Below are positions 1-11,000 of a stretch of 27,327 nt of DNA, in pieces. The notes below the pieces were generated by a model. That model saw nothing but the letters and a program-made list of their open reading frames with translations. It was not told the origin of the DNA and did no database searches. A program made the position numbers and the translations under genes. The DNA is from Nitrosopumilaceae archaeon (GTDB lineage Archaea > Thermoproteota > Nitrososphaeria > Nitrososphaerales > Nitrosopumilaceae), in assembly GCA_965200155.1 (NCBI GenBank), contig CBDATR010000012.1, positions 1-27,327 of the forward strand, read 5' to 3'. Numbering within the stretch: position 1 is the first letter of the stretch; every line of letters starts with the position of its first letter.

Positions 1-270
1 GTGTGAGTCCGGTAACGCGTGTTACCCCATCAGGAATTCTATTTCCATCTCCATCACGTAACACCACGACATAATTGGTATGGTCTTGGTACTGTTTCCA
101 TGTAACGGTGGCACCAGTGGAGGTAGGAGTTACTGTAAGGTCAAATATTGGACTGGTTGTTTGAGCAAACGCAAGATCAGTGGCCGGTATTAATACTAGT
201 GCAAGGAGGAGCCCCCCCCCCCGATTAAAGCTTTAACTGTAATATTGTTACGGTTAGTAGATTTTAACAT
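1..270 (-). CDS. Secreted fibronectin type III-like surface protein, 5' part only (runs off the window), out of frame at a G11 tract in the signal peptide
   Basis: Manual translation from ATG at 270 gives MLKSTNRNNITVKALIGGG, then G11 (C run 212-222). In the shifted frame it continues LLLALVLIPATDLAFAQTTSPIFDLTVTPTSTGATVTWKQYQDHTNYVVVLRDGDGNRIPDGVTRVTGLT: a hydrophobic signal with AFA|Q cleavage and an FN3-like TVTW..Y.V..VTGL pattern. Not in the ORF track. Confidence 0.75.
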
Positions 271-333
271 TAAAAATTAGTTGACATGTAATGTTAAAAA
301 CATTGCTTTGATACTGATGTGAGTAAATACATG

Positions 334-425
334 GTATGAGTTCACGTCTTCCGGAATCTTATGCACAAATCACATTAACTGTCGCGATCAGTTATGCGTA
401 AATTTAGACACAGGTGAACTCATAC
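334..425 (+). mobile_element. 92-bp MITE derived from the IS66-family element (copy 1)
   Basis: Terminal inverted repeats GTATGAGTTCAC...GTGAACTCATAC; perfect 8-bp target duplication AATACATG at 326-333 and 426-433. Confidence 0.95.
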
Positions 426-581
426 AATACATGTTGTATACCAGACCGGCACTTCATGTGGGGATGAGACATGCGCTAATATATTAGAATGTTAGTCAGT
501 TGTACTGGAAAATCGGCATTCCCATACAAGCCGGGTTTACCAATTCTAATCTTGAAAGGTATCCCGTTGGCGTCTGCTTAT

Positions 582-596
582 GACGTGAACTCATAC
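582..596 (-). repeat. Solitary IS66-type terminal inverted repeat
   Basis: GACGTGAACTCATAC is the exact reverse complement of the MITE left end GTATGAGTTCACGTC; no partner with a matching target duplication was found in the window. Confidence 0.85.
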
Positions 597-730
597 CCGC
601 AACGTGACCCATAACAATCCATGTTCTGAATGTCTCATTGTTGGTTCATCCCGAGTCGTGCCGGGATAATATGAACGCCTTATTCAACCACAGAGTAGCA
701 ATCACACCGACATAATGATGAGTGTATTCA

Positions 731-840
731 TGATGCCGGAACGTATCATAGCGCCGTCCGGGATTGCGCGTATATAAAACAGATAACAGGACGTGTTCCG
801 GGATATTGCCGGGAATGATGGGTGATGCCGGAACGTATCA
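731..840. repeat. Pair of identical 18-bp imperfect-palindromic direct repeats
   Basis: TGATGCCGGAACGTATCA at 731-748 and 823-840, flanking an AT-rich TATATAAAA stretch (771-779). Confidence 0.8.
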
Positions 841-1015
841 CTCCAATGCATCAACGGCCATCTCTATTTGGATATTCAGAGCGATACCTCGTTCCTGGAA
901 TGGTCGATTTATACTGTCCCGCTCACCGATTTGTTCACCAACGGTTCTCATATAGCCGTCATCATTATTGAGACCGTGATTGCCTTCCCGGGTAGCTGCT
1001 AGGGCCCCCACCATG

Positions 1016-1107
1016 GTATGAGTTCACGTCTTCCGGAATCTTGTGCACAAATCACATTAACTGTCGCGATCAGTTGTGCGTAAATTTAGACACAGGTGAA
1101 CTCATAC
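1016..1107 (+). mobile_element. 92-bp MITE (copy 2)
   Basis: Near-identical to 334-425; same TIRs; perfect 8-bp target duplication CCACCATG at 1008-1015 and 1108-1115. Confidence 0.95.
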
Positions 1108-1194
1108 CCACCATGAGCCATTCACAAAGTCGTTTTACCCATTAAAGCGCGGGTCATTTAAGGAATCGGAATTTCCCATTTAGAGTGATTCATT

Positions 1195-1683
1195 ATGGTG
1201 AGAATGATTCCTGCCAAGTCAGTCCATATAACCTCGCCGCCATATAATGTCGGGCTATCCTATGAATGAGTATCTGGGCTGGCTGGAAACGGTGTTTATA
1301 GAGCATTGATGGATGGCGGCCGCTTAATATGGCACCCACTGGCATATTTCACACTATGACATACTCCGCACCGAGATAGTGTGGTACTAGAACCATTACT
1401 CAAGTCCTAGCAGACATGCCTGGAAGAGTCCATCCTGACATATACTCAAAGAGTACCATGAAACTTGAGGGAAGCCCCGACATGGCCGATAGTGAGTTTA
1501 AGGAATATTCTGATGGATTATTACATATACGCTCAGGGGTCACCCGGCTATAAGGATAACTTGACATGTTCGGGGGGTACTGTGGTGGCAGAGAGAATAG
1601 GCCGCAAGTTTATTCATTCATCCAAGAAGTCAAAACGATTATTGAATCTGGAAAAACCCTAGCCAGCTGACAAGGAATATTGT
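1195..1683 (+). pseudogene. Decayed beta-class N4-C/N6-A DNA methyltransferase
   Basis: Motifs appear in the expected order but in different frames: IPAKSVHITSPPYNVG (TSPPY at 1231-1245), EYLGWLETVF, RALMDGGRL, EFKEYSDG, GHPA (1538-1549), DMFGG (1563-1577), VAERIGRKFI, DKEYC. Confidence 0.8.
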
Positions 1684-1714
1684 ACCGAACAGTATAATGC
1701 CAGCACGTATTACT

Positions 1715-2245
1715 CTATTCAAAGAGGATCACCCCCGTGATAATGGCTGCGCCAACAAGGAAAGTGACCATGGGCAACCCTGGATACACAATCATGCCAC
1801 TGGCGTCCGGCTTGGCAACAGTTCCATCCTCACATATGATACAGAAACGGTCATCCCGTTTTTTGACAAAGTACAAGAATCGTTTGGGGAATGGTAAGTC
1901 CGTCCTTCTCACGCATATCATAATGTGGCATAACAACATGGTTACCATCCCGCCAGATACCATCATGATAACAGCCATGATATCGATGGTCAGCATTGCC
2001 ATTGATAACCCGGATATGAACCACCAGTCACCGGAACCGGCAAATTTCCATGTCACCACAGTGATGATTCCGATCATACTGCCGCCGACTAGAATGGTTG
2101 TGAAATCAATCGTCTCATATGATAATACCAGAACGGCGGCACTCACCATTAATGCGGTAATACATGACTCTAATGCGACACTTCTATCTCTATAATCAGA
2201 GACAGCTGCCGGTATCATGCAGAGAACGGCCAGTATCCATTCCAT
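1715..2245 (-). CDS. Prepilin/preflagellin peptidase, A24 family (GxGD aspartic protease)
   Basis: Multi-TM hydrophobic protein with AAVSDYRDRSV (first Asp), GSGD (second Asp) and C-terminal PGLPMVTFL, typical of archaeal A24 peptidases. Confidence 0.8.
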   Translation of the reverse strand: MEWILAVLCMIPAAVSDYRDRSVALESCITALMVSAAVLVLSYETIDFTTILVGGSMIGIITVVTWKFAGSGDWWFISGLSMAMLTIDIMAVIMMVSGGMVTMLLCHIMICVRRTDLPFPKRFLYFVKKRDDRFCIICEDGTVAKPDASGMIVYPGLPMVTFLVGAAIITGVILFE

Positions 2246-2337
2246 GCAGGGCGACGTTACGCCTCAATAAAAGGCAGGTCATGATGATTCCATTCAGGAT
2301 ATGGGCAGGTGAGCCGGGCGGTTTTCGGTTATGGTCC

Positions 2338-2617
2338 GTGCCGGAGGTTCTTGTGGGGCTTGATCAGCAGCAGGGGGTTCGTCCTAGTGGTCGTGCCGGG
2401 TGTTCATGATCATGTGGTGCTGCCACCGGGCTGATCAAGGATATGACAGTCACTGTTGAGCGTGCCGGGTGTTCTTGATCATGTGATGCGGTCACCGGGC
2501 TGGACTGATCAGCCATATGCCGGGGAGGTTCTTGTGGTACTGATCAGCAACCGGGTGTTCTTGTGGGGCTGATCAGCCATATGCCGGATGTGTTCTTGAT
2601 CATGTGGTGCGGCAACC
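2338..2617. repeat. Degenerate tandem repeat array built from CCGG(G/A)(T/G)GTTCTT and TGATCA modules
   Basis: Eight TGATCA hexamers (2361, 2407, 2432, 2476, 2506, 2541, 2570, 2597) interleaved with GCCGGGTGTTCTT-like units; no convincing ORF; a related short copy lies at about 18170-18225. Confidence 0.8.
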
Positions 2618-3212
2618 ATGCTTGTCGACAGAATGAGAAATACCCACTTGACATATGTCAGCAGGAAGTGCCTGAGAATCATTCCAGAATGCTACCAATT
2701 CTTGGGCAAGACCGGATTTGCCTGGCGTTATTTACAAATCTTACGCTCTATTTATGCCAAAGTGATGATTTTGAATCTAGTTCGAGAACCATTCAATGAC
2801 TGAACTTGAACACCTGTAGTCTATCCACCACACCGTTCCCTCCTTGATATCATACACCGCCTGCCATCCATCACAGTGTAGCAACCCTTGAATGGTTTTA
2901 GACTCACTGGTATAGTTCAGAAAAAATACCGTTATCCACTCCGTTAGACATGAATCGTCAGTCATGAAGCGACGGTTAATGGGTTGAGTGACTAGCCATT
3001 TATCGGACTAGCATTACCTCATCCGGATATTATTTAGCGAGTTCATCAGCTTTCTGTTTGGCCTCATCCAATCTTGGCGCCGTGAGGTACTCTTTGTTGT
3101 AATGGTACTCTCTTGAAATTCTGTCATGGTGTGATAATATGTCTCATTCTATTGATGGGTTGACGCGGAATGTGTGGATGTTCATGATTCAAAAAACTAA
3201 ATCGTTGGTAAA

Positions 3213-3578
3213 CTAGCCTATTGATTGAACATTACCAGACTCATCAAGCGCGTATGTGCTATTCTCTTGCCATATAATGGCGCGTGATCCATTACATTGA
3301 GTACAAGCCTCAAATCTACCTAGACTACCGTTACAAATATTCCTCAATGGTCCGTAATCATTACTCCATTGATGTGATCCGCCTGTATTCGGACATTCAT
3401 TCTCATTACAATCATCATAGAAGAATTCATCTATACGGAGGAATTTGTTCTCCAATGACCATTGACACTTGTTACACTTTCTTGTATTATAGTAAACGTC
3501 ATCATAGATACCGTTACGGGTATGTGTCCAATCATGGCTTCCACCTTTCATACAAGTGATTGGGTGTAAACTAACCAT
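3213..3578 (-). CDS. Cys/His-rich hypothetical protein with two internal Zn-binding-like repeats
   Basis: CMKGGSHDW...KCNKC and CPNTGGSHQW...ACTQC; promoter-like CAACCCATTAAC about 30 nt upstream. Confidence 0.65.
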   Translation of the reverse strand: MVSLHPITCMKGGSHDWTHTRNGIYDDVYYNTRKCNKCQWSLENKFLRIDEFFYDDCNENECPNTGGSHQWSNDYGPLRNICNGSLGRFEACTQCNGSRAIIWQENSTYALDESGNVQSIG

Positions 3579-4087
3579 TCTGTGAATGGTTGTGCTATTC
3601 TAGGGTTAATGGGTTGACAGGATATCATTCCCGTCCTGATCAATCCCATATTCAGTCTGTATCATCACATTTCTTGCACCATTTCAGTAATAGAGTGTGA
3701 TACCTGTAAACAGGACGAATGTGACTCATGCTACAAATATGGCACTGGCGCCCGTTCTGTGTTACCATCTAATCTCCTTGGAATGGTTACACGCCACTAT
3801 ATTATGTCCCATTCGCGATGTTACATGGCTGAATTTGTAAAATCATATCCTGTAATAATGACTCCTGTAATCCAGATCTCCCCATTTATATTCCCCGTCA
3901 TGAATGAACCTTGTTAGACTGAGTAATAGTCCCTTGTTGAACTTCATCCCATGACTCATTGAATGGTGCACGACCCTGCCCATGACGTACCCAACACCCC
4001 GCTTAAGGAACCGAACATGTGTACATGAAATGAAAATTAGAGTCAACCACATGTCTGACAGGCTCCCGACCTTTTACATATCATTCC

Positions 4088-7000
4088 GTGTTACTTATAT
4101 GGTCTGATTCAATCATTTCACCATTGACTAATGGTGTTAATCTCTTTGAGATGATTGGTTTCATTGACAAGCAAGAGACTGTAATTAATGACTGGCAGAT
4201 AACACTATTCCAGCATCCATGTGATGACTTGTATCTTATATTGATACATGATGGTCCAAAAAACGTTACAGAGATCAAAAGATGGGTGGAGAGTTACGGC
4301 CGTGATCAGTGCATCATATATTATTCCAACAAGGATACCATGATAATAAAATCGATTAACAAGATACACGTTGAGTCACTAGAAAATGAGTATTCCAGAA
4401 TAAAATCCATCATAGAGTCAAGCGGTATCAGAACAGTCAGTGACAAATTTGATCTCATGCTTGCCATGGATGAAATACTGAAAACCATACCATACACGAC
4501 AAAGGACTTTGTGAATCGCGGACTATTTTCTACACATTACCTGAAAAAGAGGATATTCGCTGACACACGGCAGGATTTGAAAACCGTGCCAAAGATTTCC
4601 GGTACCGTTCAAGAAATACTCTCAACACTGGGCTATCATAATGAAAGTGGTATCGATGGAATAGTATCTGTGACCATTACCAACCAGAAAGATTTTAGCA
4701 TACGCGAGGGCGAGAATGTAGCACCCAGCCATACCGCAATATCAACACTCAAACATGTTAGATGGGCAATACTGACTAACGGAACAAAGTTCCGTCTCTA
4801 TTCCAGTAGAATCTCTGCGTCCAGTACGAATTACTTTGAGGTTAATCTGGACTTGAATGATACTAATCCATATCTCTGGATGATATTCACGGCCGCGGCC
4901 TTCCAGGAGAATGATGTTGACCATTACTTGGAAGAAGGAGAGAGAAACAAGACTCAGCTGGAGGAAGAACTGTCAGACAGAATCATGGGACCGCGAGGTC
5001 TGTTATTGGATATGGTAAAGGGAATACTGAAACATGACATGGTAAAAATATTCGATGTCAATGAATTGGACAAAGCAAAAGAGACCGCCTTGAGTGTGTT
5101 ATATCGTATATGGTTCATCGCATATGCCGAATCCCGTAACTTGTTACCAATTCATGATGAAAAGTATGATGAAATGTCACTGGGAATGATACGTAGGAAA
5201 TTGGGCAAATACAAAGATAATGGTACTGATTGCTGGGATGCGCTGCTCAACCTGTTTGCCGGTATACGGCGGGGCAGTCCGGAACACAACCTGCCACAAT
5301 ATAACGGGAATTTATTCTCGGAAAAGCCATCCATAGATGGGAAAATAATAGAGAACAGATTCATTGTTCCAGCGTTACAATCACTATTGGAGACTGACGG
5401 CTCGGCCATCGACTATGCTGATCTTGGCGTGCGACACTTGGGCAACATATTCGAGGGACTGATGGAGTATAATGTGATGCAGGCATCTGATGACATGATG
5501 TTACTAAATGAGAAAAATGCTGTAAAAACAAAGAAAGAATCATCATACTCATACAAGAAGAATGACTTGTATTTGGTTTCAAAGGAGGGTGTAGGTGCCA
5601 GGAAATTAACAGCCAGTTATTACACACCGGCAGAAATAGTTCAATTCCTGGTACGGCAAGGTTTGGATCCCATTTTGAAGTCCCGTGAGAGAAAAATGGG
5701 GAGACTGCTGGAACAATACAAGAATGGTCATGTAGATAGGCAGGCTTGCATAGATTGTATCACAGATATCCGGGTATTGGATCCCGCCATGGGTAGCGGC
5801 CACTTCTTGGTAGAGGCACTCAACCAACTGACATTATGGGCCACTAATATGCTGGAACGGTACAAGGATCATCCATTATCTGAAGATATAATGAGGGACC
5901 GGGATTCCATACTGGAACAGCAACGAAACCGGGGAATAAGTATAGAAGATAGTTTACTTTCGTTTGACGTTCTACTAAAACGCCGTATTATGAAGCGGTG
6001 TATATTCGGGGTTGATATCAATACATTAGCCGTTGATTTAACAAAGGTCTCCCTCTGGCTGGACTCGTTCGCGATAGGTGTACCACTGACGTATATGGAT
6101 CATCACATCAAGCATGGCGACTCTACTATGGGGGTATTCCTGGATGATATTAAAGATAGTGAGAATGACACACTAGATGATTGGGTTGTGAATCATATGG
6201 AAGATGTTGCACAAAGTCCTGACATAACCATCGAGCAGGTACGTCACAGCGAGGATACATATAATGAACATATGAAAAGACTGGAGCCCACGCGCCGTAT
6301 ACTTGACGCGTTTGCCGCCTCAAGGATAGATGGGAGTATTCTACCAAAGAAGGGTAAGGAGTCGTTTATACGACTATTCGGGAATCATTCCAGGAATGAG
6401 GATAACTTTCTAAAGCAGTCCAGGAAAAAGGTCAATGACCTTGTACAAAGACATCACTTCTTTCATTGGGAACTAGAGTTTTCTGATTCTTTTACTAGTC
6501 CACGACGGGGCTTTGATGTAATAGTGGGTAATCCGCCGTGGAAGAAAAACAAGATGAATGAGGATAAATTCTTCTCAATATATGATCCGGAGATACAGAC
6601 ACTCAATCCTAACACTAAAAAAAAGAAACGTATAAACGAGTTACGTAAAGATCCCAAAATAAATCACTCCTGGGATGTTGCCTCAAATCTAATTAAGGAG
6701 AAGAGTATATTCTACAAACAATACAAAAGATATAGTCTGCAGAAAAGCGGAGATAGAGACCTTTGGAAGATCCTAACTGGCATATCCCTTGGATTGACCG
6801 CGAAAAATGGTTTTACATCAATAGTGATTTCTGCGGGGCTGTGTGCAGATGCAGGTATCCCGGCCATGCGAAAAGCCATCCTGGATAGGAGTATACTGTC
6901 ATTATACGTCTTTGAGAATCGTGAAAAAATATTTCCAATTCACACGAGAAAAAGATTCGTTTTACTTACAGTGCAAAATTCCAAGGGTCCGGATGAATTT

Positions 7001-8012
7001 CCTGCAGGTTTCTATCTACATAAACTGGCATCACTGAATAACAAGAAATTGGAAAAAGAAAAGTTTGGTATACTATCAAGGAATGATATCATGGAAATGT
7101 CACCACAGAAATTCATTATACCGGAGGTTGTTGGTAATGACAGGCAAATACTACAACGACTATACGCTTTCTACACGTTCGGTGATGACTTGGAGGATGG
7201 GTGGAGTGTGAAGATGATTAGGGGGTTTGATAAAACCGGCAGCGCATCACTACAAAAGGAAGGCGGTAACGGATGGCCAGTATACGAGGTAACAACAATA
7301 AATCAATACACACATTTATGGAGCCCACACAAATTTGTCGCGGACTCTCGAAAGGGACTACAGAGGATGTCCAAAGTGAAGGCGCTTGACGGTAGACATG
7401 TGGATTTCTATGATGGTTACCAACTAGTGTTCCGCCAAATAACAGGCGCAACGAACACAAGGACTTGCGTCGCGGGAATCATTCCACCGCATACATTCAC
7501 CACGAATTCATTACGCTCCCTTGTCTTTTACTGTAATGATATCATTCTAGTGAATAATATGAACAAGATGGCCTTTGTCTGTGGAGTGTTGAACTCGTTG
7601 ACATTTGATTTTACTGCACGCGCGCAGGTACGTGAAAATTTATCATCTGTTATCCCATCACTCCCATTCCCACCAAACACATACGAAAAACAGATATCCC
7701 ATTTAGTGGCAAAGATGGTAGTGGGTACACCTGAATTTGAGGCATTCGCGGAAAGTATGAGAGTACCAAATGTGACCGCCCCCCCCCCCCGAGAGAATTA
7801 GAATTGCCGCAGAGATTGACGCGCTAGTCGCCCTATCATATAATTTAACGATTCCTGAGTATAGAACGGTAATAGATTCATTCCCGCTATTCAAAAGGAA
7901 TCCTGCACTCTGGAAGACACAAGAGATTACTTGGGATAACAGGAATTTACAAGAATTCTACGGCGAGATGGCAGAAACAGCATATGAACAATACGAGGTG
8001 CTGAAACAATGA
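4088..8012 (+). CDS. Type IIG (Eco57I-like) restriction-modification N6-adenine methyltransferase; frameshifted near the 3' end at a C12 tract
   Basis: WAILTNG..FRLY, YYTP, DPAMGSGHFL (motif I), GNPPW (motif IV) and a TRD region. The ORF stops at 7801 just after C12 (7779-7790), but the next frame encodes ERIRIAAEIDALVALSYNLTIPEYRTVIDSFP... to TGA 8010-8012, which overlaps the helicase ATG. Confidence 0.9.
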
Positions 8013-11000
8013 ACCCCCTGAAACGAGATATCATAGATAACCAGAAATATACCATGGCAGAAATACTGAACTATCAAATTCCGAAAACAGAAAAGATAGA
8101 CATCTCCACCGGTTACTTCAATGTAGGCGGGTATGCAGCCGTGCGTAAATCATTAGAACCGATATCCAACAATGAGAATTTCCAATTACGATTACTATTA
8201 GGTAAGGATGCTATAGAACCTGAAAAAAAGTCATTTGAGGCATATGCCAAGGAGCACGAACTATCACAAGAAGAAATGTCTGTCAAAACCGGCCTCTATA
8301 ACACGGAACTTACAAGCGAGTCACTATCTGATGTGGCGTCATTAATCACACTACTAAAGAAGGATAGCGTTCAAGTAAGGCTTGGACGGTCACGATTCAA
8401 TCATTCAAAATGTTACATCATGGATGATGCAGTATTCATAGGCTCCAGTAATTTCACGGAAGGTGGACTCAAGGGCAACTATGAACTAAATGCCGGATTG
8501 TACCAGAGTGCTGCTTGGCATGACACAAAGAAATGGTTCAACCACATGTGGGAGAAATCAAAGGATGAAAAATCAAAGGATGAAAAACAATCTCTAATAG
8601 ACGTACTGGAACAATCAAAGTTTGGTGCACCGGTTGAGCCATTCCATGTCTACATCAAGATGCTCTTTGAGAGATATAGGCCGCACCTAGAACGGATGGA
8701 TAAATCACAAAAGAATACCAAGCTAACACAGTTCCAGAATGATGCCGTGCAGGCAGCCTTGCACATTACTGATGAGTTGGGTGGCGCAATAATCGCCGAC
8801 GCCACCGGTCTAGGAAAAACCAACATCGGAATTGATATAATTCGCCAGAAGGTGTTATTGGAGGGCAGGCATATTCTACTGATAGCCCCCTCCCAAGTCC
8901 TGAAAAGTATGTGGGATGAGAAACTGAAAGAGGTTGATGTCAAAGTCCGGGAAACATTAGGCATGGAAAGGTTGAGCCGTATAGAAACAAAGGAGGAACT
9001 GAAACCATACGAGGATATTGATTTCATTTTGATAGACGAGTCCCAGAACTTGCGCTCAAAGAATGCAAAAAGAAGGGAGAACCTCATGAAGATTCTATAT
9101 ACCGGCAAGAAGAAGCAGGTAGTACTACTTACGGCCACTCCAATCAATAATTCAATCATGGACCTATACTACCAGCTGTCAATCATTACCAAGAATGATG
9201 AGTCACATTTTAGACGTGCTGCTGGTATATACAACCTATACCAGCACATGAGGGAAGCTGCCAAAGAGGGTAGATTATCCGGTGGAATAGAAAAGATACA
9301 GCAGTTACTGGATGCCGTAATGGTGCGCCGAACCAGAGCTTACATAAAAGACGTATATCCAGATGACAAGATATCAGGCAGGCCGGTCAAGTTCCCGGAA
9401 CACCAGTATGATTCCATACGGTATAGTATGACTGAACTATTTGGGAATGTATTCGAGCAGATAGTAAATGACTTTGAAATGCTGAAAATGACACCATACT
9501 CGTTAGAGAATTATAACAGAAATCTGGACGAGGCTGAAAAAAAGAAGTACCGTACTGCCGCACACCTCCAAGTCATACTATTGTTAAAACGGTTCGAGAG
9601 CAGTATCCGGGCGGTCACCGTCAGCCTTGAGAATAAGGTCAAGTTATACCGGTATATCAAAAATTCATTAGATAATAATGAGAAGCTTATTCCACGGGAT
9701 CTTGCCAGTGTTATAAGAAAACACTCAGTGATGGAGCCAGGAGAGGACAACGACTATGAGGAACGTATTCTGGATGAAATTAAACAGATAGGGAGTGGGA
9801 GAATAGGCGAGGAGTATGATATTGAACAAATGAAACAGGACATGGATGCGGATATGGAAATACTGTTGCGATTACAAGGCGAGATAAAAAAAATCACAAT
9901 AGACACCAAGCTGAATAGTACTATCAAGACCATAATGAGGGAAAAAATACTAGAAAAGGAGGGCAAAAAGGTGCTCATATTCAGTGAATACTCAGTTACT
10001 GCCAAGTATATCAAGGAAGAGTTACAGAGAATATTCCCAAATAATAGGGTGGAGTGCATTACCGGTGACACCAAAGATAAAACACGAAAAAATATGATAC
10101 AACAGTTCGCACCCAAGGCAAACCCACCGGGGCAGTCTCCAGAGATAGACATACTGGTATCAACAGAGGTACTAGCCGAGGGACAGAATTTGCAAGACTG
10201 TAATTACGTGATAAACTATGACTTGCCCTGGAACCCCATGAGAATAGTACAAAGGACAGGCAGGATAGACAGACTGACCAGTGAACATGATATCATCCAT
10301 ACAAGGGCATGCTACCCGGACAAGGAGCTTGATGTTATACTGGAATTGATGGGTAAGCTAATCAAAAAGATAGATGTTGCAAATGAAGTAGTGGGAACTG
10401 ACTCGGAAATACTGGGTGAGGAGCCCACACCAAAGCAGTACAATGGGACTATTTCTACCAGGCTGAAAAAGCTGGCCACAAAAGATGGCGCCCAGGACGT
10501 AATAAAATCACTGGAGCTGGAATCTGATATGATGCCAGAGATATCGCCGATTAATGAGCTGTTCAAGTTCGTCAAGGAGCGAGGCATGGAAAGTATGGAC
10601 AAGTTCCAGATGGGGTGCCGGGCAGGTAAGCGAGGCAAACAGGAGATAATACTGGCATACACTGGTTCTGATAGGCGCGTCTATTTTGTTACCTATGACA
10701 TGAATAAGAAGAAGGCAACAGTACCAGAGGATGACTCTGAACTTGTACGCCGCTTGCGTTGCACCACTAACACAAAGTCATATTTGCCGGAAGACGGGCC
10801 GGAACACCGGGAATCATTCATGACATTATTGGAGGCGGACAAGGCTGCTCGCGAGGAAATAACGAGACATAATGAATGGGGGGTGAAAAAAACACGCGAA
10901 TTGAAAACAAAACCTCGTAATAATACCTATGATATTGAGTCTGAGATAGTGAAAGCGGTTCAGAGTGGAAAAATTTCACGCGATGCCGGAAAACAGGTAG

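Noticed and set aside
1465-1662. 65-aa ORF as a standalone gene
   Set aside because: It is a chance frame through the decayed methyltransferase; only its end matches MTase motifs.
2338-2617. Repeat array as a CRISPR or repeat-protein gene
   Set aside because: Unit lengths are irregular, the intervening sequences are themselves repetitive, and no frame stays open with a coherent repeat.
2777-2965. 62-aa minus-strand ORF
   Set aside because: Promoter spacing points to ATG 2951 in another frame, which stops early; probably decayed and no family recognised.
8555-8584. 15-bp tandem duplication (KSKDE x2) in the helicase
   Set aside because: In-frame linker slippage with no evident function.
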